Translations under genes and position numbers: made by a program
Notes under the pieces: model-generated
Database searches by the model: none
The model's input: the letters and a program-made list of their open reading frames with translations, nothing else
Told to the model about the DNA's origin: nothing
Part shown: positions 1 to 10,444 of the stretch, piece after piece
Position numbering within the stretch: the stretch's first letter is position 1
Layout of the letters: every line of letters begins with the position of its first letter
Assembly (NCBI GenBank): GCA_964485795.1
Contig: CAZAJQ010000001.1
Location: 78,014-142,013, forward strand
Direction of reading: 5' to 3'
DNA length: 64,000 nucleotides
DNA from: an uncultured Gammaproteobacteria bacterium
Lineage (GTDB): Bacteria > Patescibacteriota > Patescibacteriia > VMEV01 > CAZAJQ01

Positions 1-1370
1 ACGGTGAGCATTCCCTGCGAAATGTGAGGTTTGAACCCCAGAGACGCAAGAATTTCGCTGATTTGCGATTCCGGGATGGCGATACCGATTTTTTTTCGGA
101 TCATCTCGAGCGAAAGCGTCATTGACAAAGCCTTTTCTTTTTCGGGGGCGCGCATATCCGCGATGCGCGATGCCACGACCGCTTGCGGAATATGTTCGGT
201 GATCAGGGCTATGGCGCGTAAAAGCGCCAGACGAGTCGTTTCCGGATCAAGATTTTTTTCAAAACGCGAAGACGCTTCGGAACGCAATGCAAGCCGTTGT
301 GAAGTTTTTCGAATTTTTTTTGGATCAAAATGAGCGGCCTCGATGACAAGCGTGCGAGTGCCTTCATGCACTTCAGTATTTTTGCCCCCCATGATACCCG
401 CCAAATCAACCGTTGTATCTCCGACTGATATGACCAAATCATCGGCGAAAAGCGCATACGACTTGCCATTGATGGCTTCAAAATTTTCTCCGTTTTGCGC
501 CGTATGCACGGCGATCGTCTCTCCGCCCAATAAGTCGAAATCGTACATATGCAACGGCTGTCCGGTTTCCAGCATGACGAAATTTCCGATATCCACCAAA
601 ATGTTTTTCGGTCGCACGCCCAAAACGCGCAAACGCGAAGAGAGCCACTTCGGCGACGGACCAACCGAAACGTTATTGATCTTTACCGCCATGAAACGTT
701 CGGATAACGACGAATCCGAAATCCGCACCTCGAGAGGTTCTCTTCCCGCCGCGGCGGGTTCCTCCGCACGATAGTCTTTCAGAGAAGTTTTCAGGACGGC
801 CGCAAGCTCTCTTGCCATGCCGTAATGCCCCCAAAGATCGGGTCTATGCGTAATCGCCTTATGGTCCACCGTGAGAATGATATCGTCGAGTCCCAAAGCG
901 TCCGCGACCGTGCTTCCCACAGTCGCTTGCGACTCCGTAATATCCAAAACCGGTCTCTCGGACAAGGCTTGCTCGTCCATGCCAATCTCGCTTGCCGAGC
1001 AAATCATGCCCGAGCTCATGACGCCGCGAATCTTCGTTTCGCGGATTTCGACGAGCTCCTCTCCCCGCTTGACCTTGGCGCCGATATCGGCAAAAACCAC
1101 GAGCATATCCAAGCGCAGATTATCGCCTCCGCAAACGACTTCAACGGTCTTTGACGGTCCGATTTCCACGGAAACCACCTGCAGTTTATCCGCGTCCGGA
1201 TGGGGTTTGATCTCTACGGTACGGCCGACGACCATATGCTCGAGATTGGCTCCGAGCTTTTTGACATGATCGATCTCAACGCTTTTGGTCGTCAAAAACG
1301 TGGCGATTTCACCTGCCGTGAAATCGCCCGTATCGACGAATTGTTGGAGCCATTTGAGGGAGAGCAACAT
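1..1370 (-). CDS. pheT: phenylalanine--tRNA ligase beta subunit, N-terminal ~456 codons; gene runs off the window start. It is absent from the ORF track because no stop lies inside the window.
   Basis: Reverse-strand frame opens with ATG at 1368-1370 and reads MLLSLKWLQQFVDTGDFTAGEIATFLTTKSVEIDHVK. Further in, ...KIRGVMSSGMICSASEIGM is the tRNA-binding motif typical of PheT. The frame stays open to position 3 and lies directly downstream of pheS. Confidence 0.8.
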   Translation of the reverse strand, partial: MLLSLKWLQQFVDTGDFTAGEIATFLTTKSVEIDHVKKLGANLEHMVVGRTVEIKPHPDADKLQVVSVEIGPSKTVEVVCGGDNLRLDMLVVFADIGAKVKRGEELVEIRETKIRGVMSSGMICSASEIGMDEQALSERPVLDITESQATVGSTVADALGLDDIILTVDHKAITHRPDLWGHYGMARELAAVLKTSLKDYRAEEPAAAGREPLEVRISDSSLSERFMAVKINNVSVGPSPKWLSSRLRVLGVRPKNILVDIGNFVMLETGQPLHMYDFDLLGGETIAVHTAQNGENFEAINGKSYALFADDLVISVGDTTVDLAGIMGGKNTEVHEGTRTLVIEAAHFDPKKIRKTSQRLALRSEASSRFEKNLDPETTRLALLRAIALITEHIPQAVVASRIADMRAPEKEKALSMTLSLEMIRKKIGIAIPESQISEILASLGFKPHISQGMLT

Positions 1371-1444
1371 AGATAAAGCAGTACGTTCACCGTTTGGGGG
1401 CCACCATACGCTGATAATACTCACGCAGGGGAAGGCCGGACGAT

Positions 1445-2506
1445 TTAAAACTGCTGCAAAAATCGTATATCTCCGGAATTGAGGAGACGAATATCCGGTA
1501 TCCCGTACCTGAGAACCACGAGTCTCATCAAACCCAGCCCGAAAGCAAATCCCGAGTACTTGATATGGTCAATGCCGGCGTTTTCCAAAACTTGCGGATG
1601 AATCATGCCGCAACCCAAAGTCTCGACCCATCCGGAATGTTTGCATACTTGGCAACCTTTACCGCCGCAGATGAGGCAATCAATGTCCAGCTCAAAACCC
1701 GGCTCGACAAAAGGAAAGTAGCTCGGGCGAAGTCGCATCTGCACATCGCGCTTGAATATGCCCGACAGCATAGTCCGGAGCGTGCCGATCAAGTCCGTGA
1801 TGGAGATATTCTCATCCACGACGAATCCTTCGAGCTGATTGAGCGTATGCTCATGCGATGCGTCGGTGGCCTCATAACGGTACACGCGACCCGGAACAAT
1901 GCCGCGAAACGGAACGCCGTATTCGGTCAAAGCTCTCACCTGCATGGCCGACGTATGCGTGCGCAAAAGCAATGTATCATCGATCCAAAACGTATCATGC
2001 ATATCCCTCGCCGGATGCAAGAGAGGGATGTTGAGCGAGGTGAAATTCGCGTATTCGGAATCCACTTCCGGTCCGTCCAGCACGAGAAACCCCATGGACG
2101 TGAAGATGTCTTCGATCTCGTACTGAACCTGACTCAAAGGATGCAGATGTCCGAGCTCCTGCGGCACCATCCCCGGTAAGGTAATGTCCAATCGCTCACT
2201 CAGCCCGGCAATCGAAATCGCGGATAATTCGTCATGCTTATCCGCCAAAGCTTTTTCCAAAATCTCACGGGTTTTATTGGCGGCCGAGCCAATGGATTTT
2301 TTTTCTTCCGCGGAAAGATCTTTGATTTTTTTTAATATCTCATTGAGCTCTCCCTGTTTCCTACCCAAATATCGAGTATGAATATCCGAAAGCTCCGTCT
2401 TGGCAGCGGCTTTTTTGATCGCGAGCAGTGCATTTTTCTGGATTTCGGCAATGGATTCAAGCATAAGTATGACGGCCAGTATACCAAGGGAGGTTGGTTT
2501 TGACAA
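1445..2506 (-). CDS. pheS: phenylalanine--tRNA ligase alpha subunit
   Basis: 353-aa ORF with the class II aaRS core (FPFVEPGFELD, GLGLMRL) and a typical PheS N-terminal coiled region. Confidence 0.95.
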   Translation of the reverse strand: MSKPTSLGILAVILMLESIAEIQKNALLAIKKAAAKTELSDIHTRYLGRKQGELNEILKKIKDLSAEEKKSIGSAANKTREILEKALADKHDELSAISIAGLSERLDITLPGMVPQELGHLHPLSQVQYEIEDIFTSMGFLVLDGPEVDSEYANFTSLNIPLLHPARDMHDTFWIDDTLLLRTHTSAMQVRALTEYGVPFRGIVPGRVYRYEATDASHEHTLNQLEGFVVDENISITDLIGTLRTMLSGIFKRDVQMRLRPSYFPFVEPGFELDIDCLICGGKGCQVCKHSGWVETLGCGMIHPQVLENAGIDHIKYSGFAFGLGLMRLVVLRYGIPDIRLLNSGDIRFLQQF

Positions 2507-2540
2507 TATGGAATCCGTACGATAACGTGAAAAGAAGTCG

Positions 2541-2643
2541 AGTACTTAGTTCTCAGTTCTCAGTTCTCAGTACTCAGTACTTACTGCTGAGTACTTACTG
2601 CTGAGAACTGACTGCTGTGAACTTACTGCTGAGTACTGACTAC
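2541..2643. repeat. palindromic heptanucleotide repeat array, (AGTTCTC/AGTACTC)n switching to (ACTGCTG/AGTACTT)n. Family member 1 of 3.
   Basis: Seen directly: about 14 tandem 7-nt units built around CTCAGT/ACTGAG. CTCAGTACTGAG is self-complementary. The array sits between the divergent starts of pheS and trpS. Confidence 0.8.
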
Positions 2644-2653
2644 TTTCCCTCAT

Positions 2654-3640
2654 ATGAAACGCATCCTCAGCGGCATACAAGCCAGCGGAGATCTCCATAT
2701 CGGCAATTACTTGGGAGCCTTGAAACATTGGGTATCGCTTCAAAATGAACATGAGGCCTTGTACGGCATCGTGGATCTGCATGCCATCACGGTAAGTCAA
2801 AATCCGGAAGCCTTGCGAAAAAATACGATGGAAGCGGCAAAGATTTTTCTCGCTTGCGGAGTCGATCCGAAAAAAAGCGCCATATTCGTGCAATCCCATA
2901 TCCTTGAGCATGCCAATCTGGGATGGATTTTCACCACGCTCACCAAAATGTCGGAGATGAGTAAAATGACGCAATTCAAAGATAAATCGCAAAAGCACAG
3001 CGAAAACATCAATGTCGGACTTTTCTCCTACCCGATTCTCATGTCTGCCGATATTCTTCTGTACCGGGCCGATCTTGTTCCCGTGGGAGACGATCAGACC
3101 CAGCATCTTGAGTTTTGCCGCAATATCGCCGCGCGATTCAACCGCATCTATGGGAACACCTTTGTCGTCCCCGAGCAATACACGCCAAAAACCGGCGCAA
3201 GGATCATGGGGCTTGATGATCCGTCGGTAAAAATGTCAAAAAGCGCGTCATCGCCCAATAACTTCATCTCATTGCGCGACGATGCCGACACGATACGCAA
3301 AAAAATCGGCAGAGCCGTCACCGATTCGGGAAATGAAATTCGCGCCGGAAAAGATAAGCCGGCGATGAGCAATCTTGTCAATATTTACAGCGGATTTTCC
3401 GATCTTTCGGCTCCTGCCGTTCAAAGCCGATTTCAAGGGAAAACGTATAAGGAGTTCAAAGACTCCCTTGCCGAGCTTCTCATCGAAAACCTTTCCCCCA
3501 TCCAAGCGAAAATGGCCGACTATGATCGTCATGAGGACGCCGTGTTTGACGCGTTGAAAAAAGGCGCCGCAAAGGCCTCGGAGATCGCGACGAAAACGTA
3601 TGAGGAAGTGAAAGAAAAGATGGGATTTTTACCTTTATAA
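2654..3640 (+). CDS. trpS: tryptophan--tRNA ligase
   Basis: 328 aa with HIGN (HIGH) and KMSKS motifs, class I aaRS; the sequence is TrpS-like throughout. Confidence 0.95.
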   Translation: MKRILSGIQASGDLHIGNYLGALKHWVSLQNEHEALYGIVDLHAITVSQNPEALRKNTMEAAKIFLACGVDPKKSAIFVQSHILEHANLGWIFTTLTKMSEMSKMTQFKDKSQKHSENINVGLFSYPILMSADILLYRADLVPVGDDQTQHLEFCRNIAARFNRIYGNTFVVPEQYTPKTGARIMGLDDPSVKMSKSASSPNNFISLRDDADTIRKKIGRAVTDSGNEIRAGKDKPAMSNLVNIYSGFSDLSAPAVQSRFQGKTYKEFKDSLAELLIENLSPIQAKMADYDRHEDAVFDALKKGAAKASEIATKTYEEVKEKMGFLPL

Positions 3641-3661
3641 AAGAAATTTATCGTCAATGCA

Positions 3662-3695
3662 TAAAAAAAATCCTGCGCATGCGGGATTTTTTATT
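3662..3695. terminator. bidirectional Rho-independent terminator between trpS (+) and the histidine kinase (-)
   Basis: A-run, then an 8-bp stem aatcctgc / gcgggatt with loop gcat, then ttttttatt. Confidence 0.7.
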
Positions 3696-3708
3696 GATAA
3701 AAACATAC

Positions 3709-5679
3709 TTATGAAATTTTTGGCTTCAAAGGTATGCGAAACACAAACTTCGATCCTTTTCCGATGCCTTCACTCTCCGCCCAAATGCTCCCGCCATGGG
3801 CTTCTACGATTTTTTTGCCGACAAAAAGCCCCAGCCCCGTTCCCTCGGTGTGAACCACATGAATGCCCGAGCCTCGGGCGAATTTTTGAAAAAGTCGTCC
3901 GATATCCTGAGGTTCGATGCCGCGACCCGTATCTTGGCAGACAAACTCGATTTCAGATCCGAGCCGATTCATAAAAATGTCTATTTTCCCTTTGTCCGTA
4001 TATTTGACGGCATTGTCGATCACATTGAGGATCACCTGTCGAAGTTTTTGTTCATCCGCGTGAATCTTTGGCAATTTCTTTTTTGGAATATGGATTTCAA
4101 ATCCCAGTCCCTTGTTTTGCGCCATGCGATCCAGCCCTTCGGCCACGGATCGCACGAGTATTTCAAACGACAGCGGGGCAAACGAGTATTTCATGCGACC
4201 GCTTTCGATGCGTGAGATATCGAGCAGATCATTCACCAAGGCAATGAGCCGATCCGTGGATTCGACCACTTTTTGCAACACTTCCCGCAATTTTTGCGGC
4301 ACGACTCCAAAAAAATTCTCATTGACCATTGATAGGTATCCCTTGATGACGGTAAGCGGGGTTCGAAGCTGGTGGGACGCGATGGAGATGAACTCGGATT
4401 TCGCTTCGTCGAATTGTCGCAGCTGGTTATTCGCCGCCTCCAGTTCGGCCGATTTTTCCGCGAGTTCATTCACGTTTTTTTCGATTTGCGCGTACAGTTT
4501 CGTATTCTCAAGCGTCAGACCGAGATTGTTGGCGAAGTTGGTCACGATATCCTGATCTCTCTTCGTGATATCCGAACCGTTGCGACTGCAAACAAAAATC
4601 AATATCCCGACCGCAATGCCTCCGCGGGATCGCAGGGGCACGGCGATAACGCTTCGCGCCTTTGCGAGTTTTGCGATGGTTTCGATGATCCGAGACGAGA
4701 TGATGCCGGAAAAAGCTTTTGAAAAACCGTCGACGATATGGATCTCGTTTGACAAAAAGGTTTGAGCGAGAGGGTTTTTCGCATCTACCGGCAAGGTATA
4801 ATCGCGGAAATCCTTTTTGAGGAGTTTGAGGGATTTGTCCACGAGGTCGGATTTTGTGATGGCAAAAGCTCGGAGGTGATTGAGGTCTTTTTCATAAAGT
4901 GCTATGGTGGCGCTGGAATATTCCAAGTGCAAAAATTTCTGCGGCACGCTGTCCAAGATATTTTGCACGACTTCATTGGTTCTGAGGCTTGAGATGGAGA
5001 TTGTGGAAATTTGAAAAAGAGCTTGAAGGTCTTTGTTTTTGTTGTCGAGAGCCGTCACTTGCGACTCAATGCGTTCAAATGATTGAGCGTTGTTGATAGC
5101 TATGCCCGTAAATATAGAAAATGTATTAATTCCCCTTAGGTCTCGATGAGCTATTTTTCTAGAAAATGTAATTAATAGAACACCATTGATCTGATTTTGA
5201 AATTTTATTGGAAGACAAATACATGATTTAACATTGGAAATTTTTGACATTAGCCTAGCTGTAGTTATAGAAACAGTTGGAGATATAAAATCCTCCAGCT
5301 TATCACCAATAAAAATTTTATCTTTTTTTATGCACTCTCCTACATAATTTTTCGGATGAGCGTAATCAAAAAAATGTTCACGAAATGGTTTTCCTAAATA
5401 TTTTAAAGCATGCTTTACATTTCTATTAGAGGTCGTGACTGTATACGAAAAAGCCAATTGTTTGTTTTTATCAATTAAAAAAAGAACTCCACCAACGCCT
5501 CCAAGTCGCTCGTTCATTAAATCTACAATTTGTTGTGATAACAATCTAAAATCTAGATTACTAATGAGCAGCTGCCCAATTTCCTCAATCAAACTCAAAT
5601 AAGTATCGTCAAAATTTATACGACTATTTTTTTCAGAACTCAATTGAGTTTTTGATTTTTTGAAAAAATTAAAAAACAT
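3709..5679 (-). CDS. sensor histidine kinase with two GAF-like domains, a HisKA domain (SHQLRTPLT) and a HATPase_c domain
   Basis: 656 aa with ELEAANNQLRQFDEAKSEFISIASHQLRTPLTVIKGY followed by a DNAVKYT...DTGRGI...GTGLGL ATPase. The N-terminal ~195 aa are encoded in low-GC DNA. Confidence 0.9.
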   Translation of the reverse strand: MFFNFFKKSKTQLSSEKNSRINFDDTYLSLIEEIGQLLISNLDFRLLSQQIVDLMNERLGGVGGVLFLIDKNKQLAFSYTVTTSNRNVKHALKYLGKPFREHFFDYAHPKNYVGECIKKDKIFIGDKLEDFISPTVSITTARLMSKISNVKSCICLPIKFQNQINGVLLITFSRKIAHRDLRGINTFSIFTGIAINNAQSFERIESQVTALDNKNKDLQALFQISTISISSLRTNEVVQNILDSVPQKFLHLEYSSATIALYEKDLNHLRAFAITKSDLVDKSLKLLKKDFRDYTLPVDAKNPLAQTFLSNEIHIVDGFSKAFSGIISSRIIETIAKLAKARSVIAVPLRSRGGIAVGILIFVCSRNGSDITKRDQDIVTNFANNLGLTLENTKLYAQIEKNVNELAEKSAELEAANNQLRQFDEAKSEFISIASHQLRTPLTVIKGYLSMVNENFFGVVPQKLREVLQKVVESTDRLIALVNDLLDISRIESGRMKYSFAPLSFEILVRSVAEGLDRMAQNKGLGFEIHIPKKKLPKIHADEQKLRQVILNVIDNAVKYTDKGKIDIFMNRLGSEIEFVCQDTGRGIEPQDIGRLFQKFARGSGIHVVHTEGTGLGLFVGKKIVEAHGGSIWAESEGIGKGSKFVFRIPLKPKIS

Positions 5680-5946
5680 TTTATATGTTTATCTCCCCAG
5701 AACGTATCTCAACCGTAACAAAAGGACATCGAAACAGGCAAGGATATATGCTAAAGTTCAACTCCACTCCAGCAAAGATTTTTCAATGTCTGTAAAAATC
5801 GAGTCAATCTCTCTCCACCTCAATTTTGATGTATCATAATATCGATAAGAAAATTCTTCATGTTCGCATACCCCGAGTGAAGGTTTAGTTATTTTTTTAA
5901 CACGACTAAAAAGGCAAGACACTACATGCGCTGAATTTAGAATCTT

Positions 5947-7011
5947 TCAATATATCTTTAATAACTTATATACACGTTCTTTTACGAGAACATAGTTACT
6001 TGGAAATAAATCGGCATAGTAGAGGCTTAAATATTTGCCAAACGAATACAATGAAGTGCAGACATTATTATTAACTTTATTGCATGAAATAGTAAAATCT
6101 TCAACTATATTTGCATAGTCAACATAAGTTAATTTTAATGTCCTAATATAAGACCAATCCCCCGTTACATCATCCTCAAATATATCAGTTAATTGATCCC
6201 CTGCTACATTAATAACTTTCAAAAGTAATAATATTTTTTTTATTTCTTTGAGATCATCCAGAGAAATATAATTTGGATGTGACTGAACCCATTCAATAAG
6301 TAAAAAATAAAAAATTGCAGCAAGGGGAGTATTTGCTACAATTTGACAAGCAGAAAAGTTTTCTACATTTACTTTATTACATATTGACCTTAATTGATGA
6401 ATCTCCTGTGCTAAGTAATCATTATTTTGAAAAATTTTCTGAGACATTTTTTCTTTATAAAGTAATCTGCTCTCCCCAGCAATAATTTGCATCTTGCAAC
6501 AATTCTCTATTTCAAATACATAATATTCCTCTAAAATCTTAATTAACTGATTACGAATCAATGGCTTCCAAATTCGCGCTTTCCAGACCCACCTATTTAG
6601 GACTTCATCAATACCACCAAAATATTTAGAAATCTCTTTTTCAACTTTAATTTTTTTTCCTTGTCTCAAAAACGGGCTCCCTAATATTTTTAGATATAGG
6701 TTATCTAAACACTTATAATCATTCAATTTCATTTTATCAATTATATCGTCCAAAAGATCAAATAAAAAAATATTGTAAGATATGAATGATATTATTTTTC
6801 TCTGAGTCTCCGTGTTATCGAATAATAAAGAAAAATAAGAGGTTACTTTAGGGTACGGCTTTTTTAAAATTAGCGACTCGTGAATAAAGTTATAGGTTCT
6901 TTCTAAGATTAGCCCTTTGATTACATCCCGTTCAAGGCAAAAAAGTTCATTTTGAATTATTAAATCCACTTCAGTATTAATTTCTTCAATATTAAAATTT
7001 GCTCTTGACAT
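5947..7011 (-). CDS. hypothetical protein (354 aa) inside the low-GC island
   Basis: Long AT-rich ORF, K/N/I/Y-rich. It starts 3 nt after the stop of the upstream GAF gene (operon-like). No motif recognised. Confidence 0.55.
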   Translation of the reverse strand: MSRANFNIEEINTEVDLIIQNELFCLERDVIKGLILERTYNFIHESLILKKPYPKVTSYFSLLFDNTETQRKIISFISYNIFLFDLLDDIIDKMKLNDYKCLDNLYLKILGSPFLRQGKKIKVEKEISKYFGGIDEVLNRWVWKARIWKPLIRNQLIKILEEYYVFEIENCCKMQIIAGESRLLYKEKMSQKIFQNNDYLAQEIHQLRSICNKVNVENFSACQIVANTPLAAIFYFLLIEWVQSHPNYISLDDLKEIKKILLLLKVINVAGDQLTDIFEDDVTGDWSYIRTLKLTYVDYANIVEDFTISCNKVNNNVCTSLYSFGKYLSLYYADLFPSNYVLVKERVYKLLKIY

Positions 7012-7014
7012 ATT

Positions 7015-7908
7015 TTACAGCTTTGCTTTCAAATCTTCTTTTCGACTTTTTAAAGTTTTACTAATCACATGATATAAACTCCTTACATATAGATTATATT
7101 GTTGGGAGATACAATCAAATTCCTCTTCAAGATTCTTTAAATCCACAATACTTGCATCTTTTAATTTTGCAGAATAATTTGATATGTAGTCGGAATATTT
7201 TTCAACTTCATCAATAAAACACGCAAAAGCGTGGTTTATTTTCGTGAATTTTCGCTCAAGATTTTCATAATTATACTTTAACCCCAAGAGACTTCCTTGT
7301 AGAGAACTAAATCTTTCAATAAACTTGATATCATTATCTCCAAATTTCACCTTTCCATGCACTTGAATGACACCAAAAAATTCTCCATTACAAAATAATG
7401 GTACAGCCAATATATCTTTTATCCCTATAAACTTATTAATCCAAATCGAAAATTTTTTATTTACAATTGGAGCAATAAATTCAGAAATATCACTTCCTCT
7501 CATTTCCCTCTTATAGGACACCACATCAATAAGCTTATTTTTAACTGTGTTATCAAGTGGAAACTTATGCTTTTGGAAAGTCATCGGAAGCCTACTACTC
7601 ACCAAGACACTTTTCTTCGTTCTTGAAAAAGCAAAAGATTGCAAACAATTCTGATCTTTGAGATGAATATAAAATATTATTCCTGCGTATTTCTTCGGTA
7701 TATTCTTTACAAGCAAATCAACAACAATTTGAGCCAATTCATCAAAACTCATGTCCGTTAGGATTTCCTGAGTAATTTTTTCCAAAGCCTCCGCCAGCTT
7801 CTCGCCGGTTTGGTAACTCATGAGCTGTGACTCCTTCTCTTGGAGCAACTCTACCAGCTGAGCTTTGGTGTAATGTTGATATTTTTGCTTTTTCATAGAG
7901 TCAATCAT
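7015..7908 (-). CDS. GAF domain-containing protein
   Basis: 297 aa. DILAVPLFCNGEFFGVIQVHG is a typical GAF ligand-binding core. This is the first gene of a three-gene minus-strand unit ending in the histidine kinase. Confidence 0.65.
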   Translation of the reverse strand: MIDSMKKQKYQHYTKAQLVELLQEKESQLMSYQTGEKLAEALEKITQEILTDMSFDELAQIVVDLLVKNIPKKYAGIIFYIHLKDQNCLQSFAFSRTKKSVLVSSRLPMTFQKHKFPLDNTVKNKLIDVVSYKREMRGSDISEFIAPIVNKKFSIWINKFIGIKDILAVPLFCNGEFFGVIQVHGKVKFGDNDIKFIERFSSLQGSLLGLKYNYENLERKFTKINHAFACFIDEVEKYSDYISNYSAKLKDASIVDLKNLEEEFDCISQQYNLYVRSLYHVISKTLKSRKEDLKAKL

Positions 7909-8002
7909 ACCATATTTTCCCTCTTTTTTTGCTTTTTATGAAATCCCGTGAGATGATTCTTTTCAAGACCTTTCATCTTATTTTTTTCAATTTTCAAAAC
8001 CT

Positions 8003-10300
8003 ATGAAATTCCGCGCCACCCTCTGCACCACTCTCCTCCTCGGACTTTTCTCTCTTCCCTTCATCCCGCCGCTCTCGGCTCAAACGAGTTCTCCGGATCT
8101 GTATGTCAAGACGCTTGCATTCAGTAACTCCCAAGGCTATGACACCCTCGAAGCCGAAATCTGCAACAATGGCGGAGCCACTTCTTTCAGTCAGGTGACG
8201 TACGTGCGATTTGCCACACCGACGACGGTGTCCGATCCGTATGAATCCGTGATTTATTACCCGATTTCAACCAACAAATGCACCAAAATCTATTCCAACC
8301 CTTCGCTTCTCAAAAACGAAAAGGCCGGGACGCTGGAAGTGCAGGTGATGGTGGATCCGCAGAACCTTATCAAAGAATCCAATGAAACCAACAATGTCAC
8401 TACGGCAACCGTCACGATCCCCATCCTTGCCGATCGAATCGACCTGATAGTAAAGAATTTCACCGCCGAAGGCAAGAGCCTTATCGTCGAGGTATGCAAT
8501 CAATCCCAAGTGGCCACGGTTTCGGAAAACACCTATGTTTCCCTGAGCGCCGAGCTTAATCATCCCTCGCATCCGACGATTTTCGGATCCACTTCCGTCG
8601 CCGAGCAGCTCAAACCTCAAGCATGCACCAATGCCATCATCGAATTTTTCGAAACCATCATACCCGATACCTATGAAACGACCCTGACCGTGGATGATGT
8701 GGGCATCATCAAAGAAGCGGACGATGAGAATAACACCCTCGTCAAATCAATCGTCTTTGCGCCTTCGTTACCGACGCTTTCCGATCTTGAATTGCGAAAC
8801 GTCACCTTTTCGGACACCAAATCATCGAACCCCTTTGCGGCAAGCGGCCCCAGAGTCAGCGCGGATATCTGCAATCTCGGCGATACGCTGTGGAATTATT
8901 TTGATATTTCCTTTTTCCTTGACGGTACCTTTCTCGCAAGCCAAAACTTTTCGCAATTTGCAGATCATCATTGCACGAATCTCTGGGAAAATCTGCAAAA
9001 TTTCGTACCCGCGGGCGATCATGAGATCCGAGCCGCGATCAGCTTTTACGACGGCAATGATGCAAACCCGAACAATGACTCGGCGAGCGCAAGCGTAAAA
9101 CTTTTGAGAGATTATGCGCCGGACGTGACCATCAAAAATGTCTGGTTTTCAAAAACCATCGATCCCATCATGCTTTCCACAGCCGCCGGTGGCGGATTTT
9201 CGCAAACCGGGCCCTATATGCTCGCGGAAGTGTGCAATATCGGTGAAACCGTGATCGCCTCTTCACTGGACGTCTCATTTTTGCTCGGATCCGAAAACAT
9301 CTCGATTTCCTATTATCTCGCCTTGCGTCCGGGACGATGCGCCACGTCTTTGGCGGATCTGTACGGCAAAAACATCCCCAAGGGCACATACGACATCGTT
9401 GCGAACGCCGATTCGTTTCAATTCATCGCCGAAAGCAATGAAAAAAACAATTCTTTGAGCAAGTCCATCACCATCCCAAATGACATACTGCCTCCAAAAC
9501 TTGCCAACCTGCTGATCAATGAAATCGGCTTTGGCGAGCTTCCGGGAAGCGCGGACAAGAAACCGACGCTCTACGCAAAAATTTGCAATGAAGGGAAAAT
9601 AGACGTTCCCGCAAGCAGCGATGGCGTACTCCCCAATCTTTCCACTGCTTTTACCATCAATGATGAAGCTTGGAAGCAGGTCATCGTCCCCACCACCTTT
9701 GGATTTGCCGTCGGCGAATGCCGTTACATCGGTGTCGACATCCATGCCAATCAAAATTTCATCCCGTATGACGACAAGCCGCATTCCATCTCGATTTTTA
9801 CCGATTATTATTTCCAAATTCCGGAAACCGATGAATATGACAATTTTCGCGATACGGTGATGAACTTTCCTTTTCTTGATGCTTCCCTCCCCCCGTTTCC
9901 TGAAGGATCACTCTTAAAAAGCATCACCGGACCCAAAATCTATAAGATTGAAAAAGGAAAAAAGCGATGGATCGAAAATGAAAACGCTTTCAACCTCAAT
10001 AAATTCAAATGGGACGCCATTGTCGAGGTGGATGATACTGTTTTGGAACAGTATCCGGACGGATACCCGATAACGACCAAGCTTTCCACGGAAAAAAATC
10101 TTATCAAGGTCAATTTCAATCCGGACGTCTATCTCATCGAAAACGGACAACGAAGGCATATTGAAGACGAAGGAATCTTTTATACCTATGGATTCCGTTG
10201 GCAAGATATCATCACCGTCAGTCCCGAAGAGTTGGATTCCTATCCCTTGGGGGAACCCATCAATTATTCCAATCCTCCGAAACCCATTGCAATAAGTTAA
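8003..10300 (+). CDS. secreted multi-CARDB-domain surface protein with two C-terminal ~50-aa repeats
   Basis: Signal peptide MKFRATLCTTLLLGLFSLPFIPPLSAQ. Repeated ...DL.V......(I/V)CN.G motifs (ICNNGGA, VCNQSQ, ICNLGDT, VCNIGET, ICNEGK). Tandem C-terminal repeats KIYKIEKGKKRWIENENAF...YPDGYPI and VYLIENGQRRHIEDEGIF...YPLGEPI. Confidence 0.75.
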   Translation: MKFRATLCTTLLLGLFSLPFIPPLSAQTSSPDLYVKTLAFSNSQGYDTLEAEICNNGGATSFSQVTYVRFATPTTVSDPYESVIYYPISTNKCTKIYSNPSLLKNEKAGTLEVQVMVDPQNLIKESNETNNVTTATVTIPILADRIDLIVKNFTAEGKSLIVEVCNQSQVATVSENTYVSLSAELNHPSHPTIFGSTSVAEQLKPQACTNAIIEFFETIIPDTYETTLTVDDVGIIKEADDENNTLVKSIVFAPSLPTLSDLELRNVTFSDTKSSNPFAASGPRVSADICNLGDTLWNYFDISFFLDGTFLASQNFSQFADHHCTNLWENLQNFVPAGDHEIRAAISFYDGNDANPNNDSASASVKLLRDYAPDVTIKNVWFSKTIDPIMLSTAAGGGFSQTGPYMLAEVCNIGETVIASSLDVSFLLGSENISISYYLALRPGRCATSLADLYGKNIPKGTYDIVANADSFQFIAESNEKNNSLSKSITIPNDILPPKLANLLINEIGFGELPGSADKKPTLYAKICNEGKIDVPASSDGVLPNLSTAFTINDEAWKQVIVPTTFGFAVGECRYIGVDIHANQNFIPYDDKPHSISIFTDYYFQIPETDEYDNFRDTVMNFPFLDASLPPFPEGSLLKSITGPKIYKIEKGKKRWIENENAFNLNKFKWDAIVEVDDTVLEQYPDGYPITTKLSTEKNLIKVNFNPDVYLIENGQRRHIEDEGIFYTYGFRWQDIITVSPEELDSYPLGEPINYSNPPKPIAIS

Positions 10301-10444
10301 TTATGCAAAGTTTTCCACAGCACCAATCAGTGTTCGTAAGAAAATCAATGCGAATAGCATGAAATAATGGTAAGAAATAGAGCCACCTTTCCATTGACTG
10401 ATGTTTTAAATACGCTATACTCAAATCAGTACTTCACAAACAGC

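Noticed and set aside
1565-2179. 204-aa plus-strand ORF
   Set aside because: Antisense to pheS, which is unambiguously supported by motifs.
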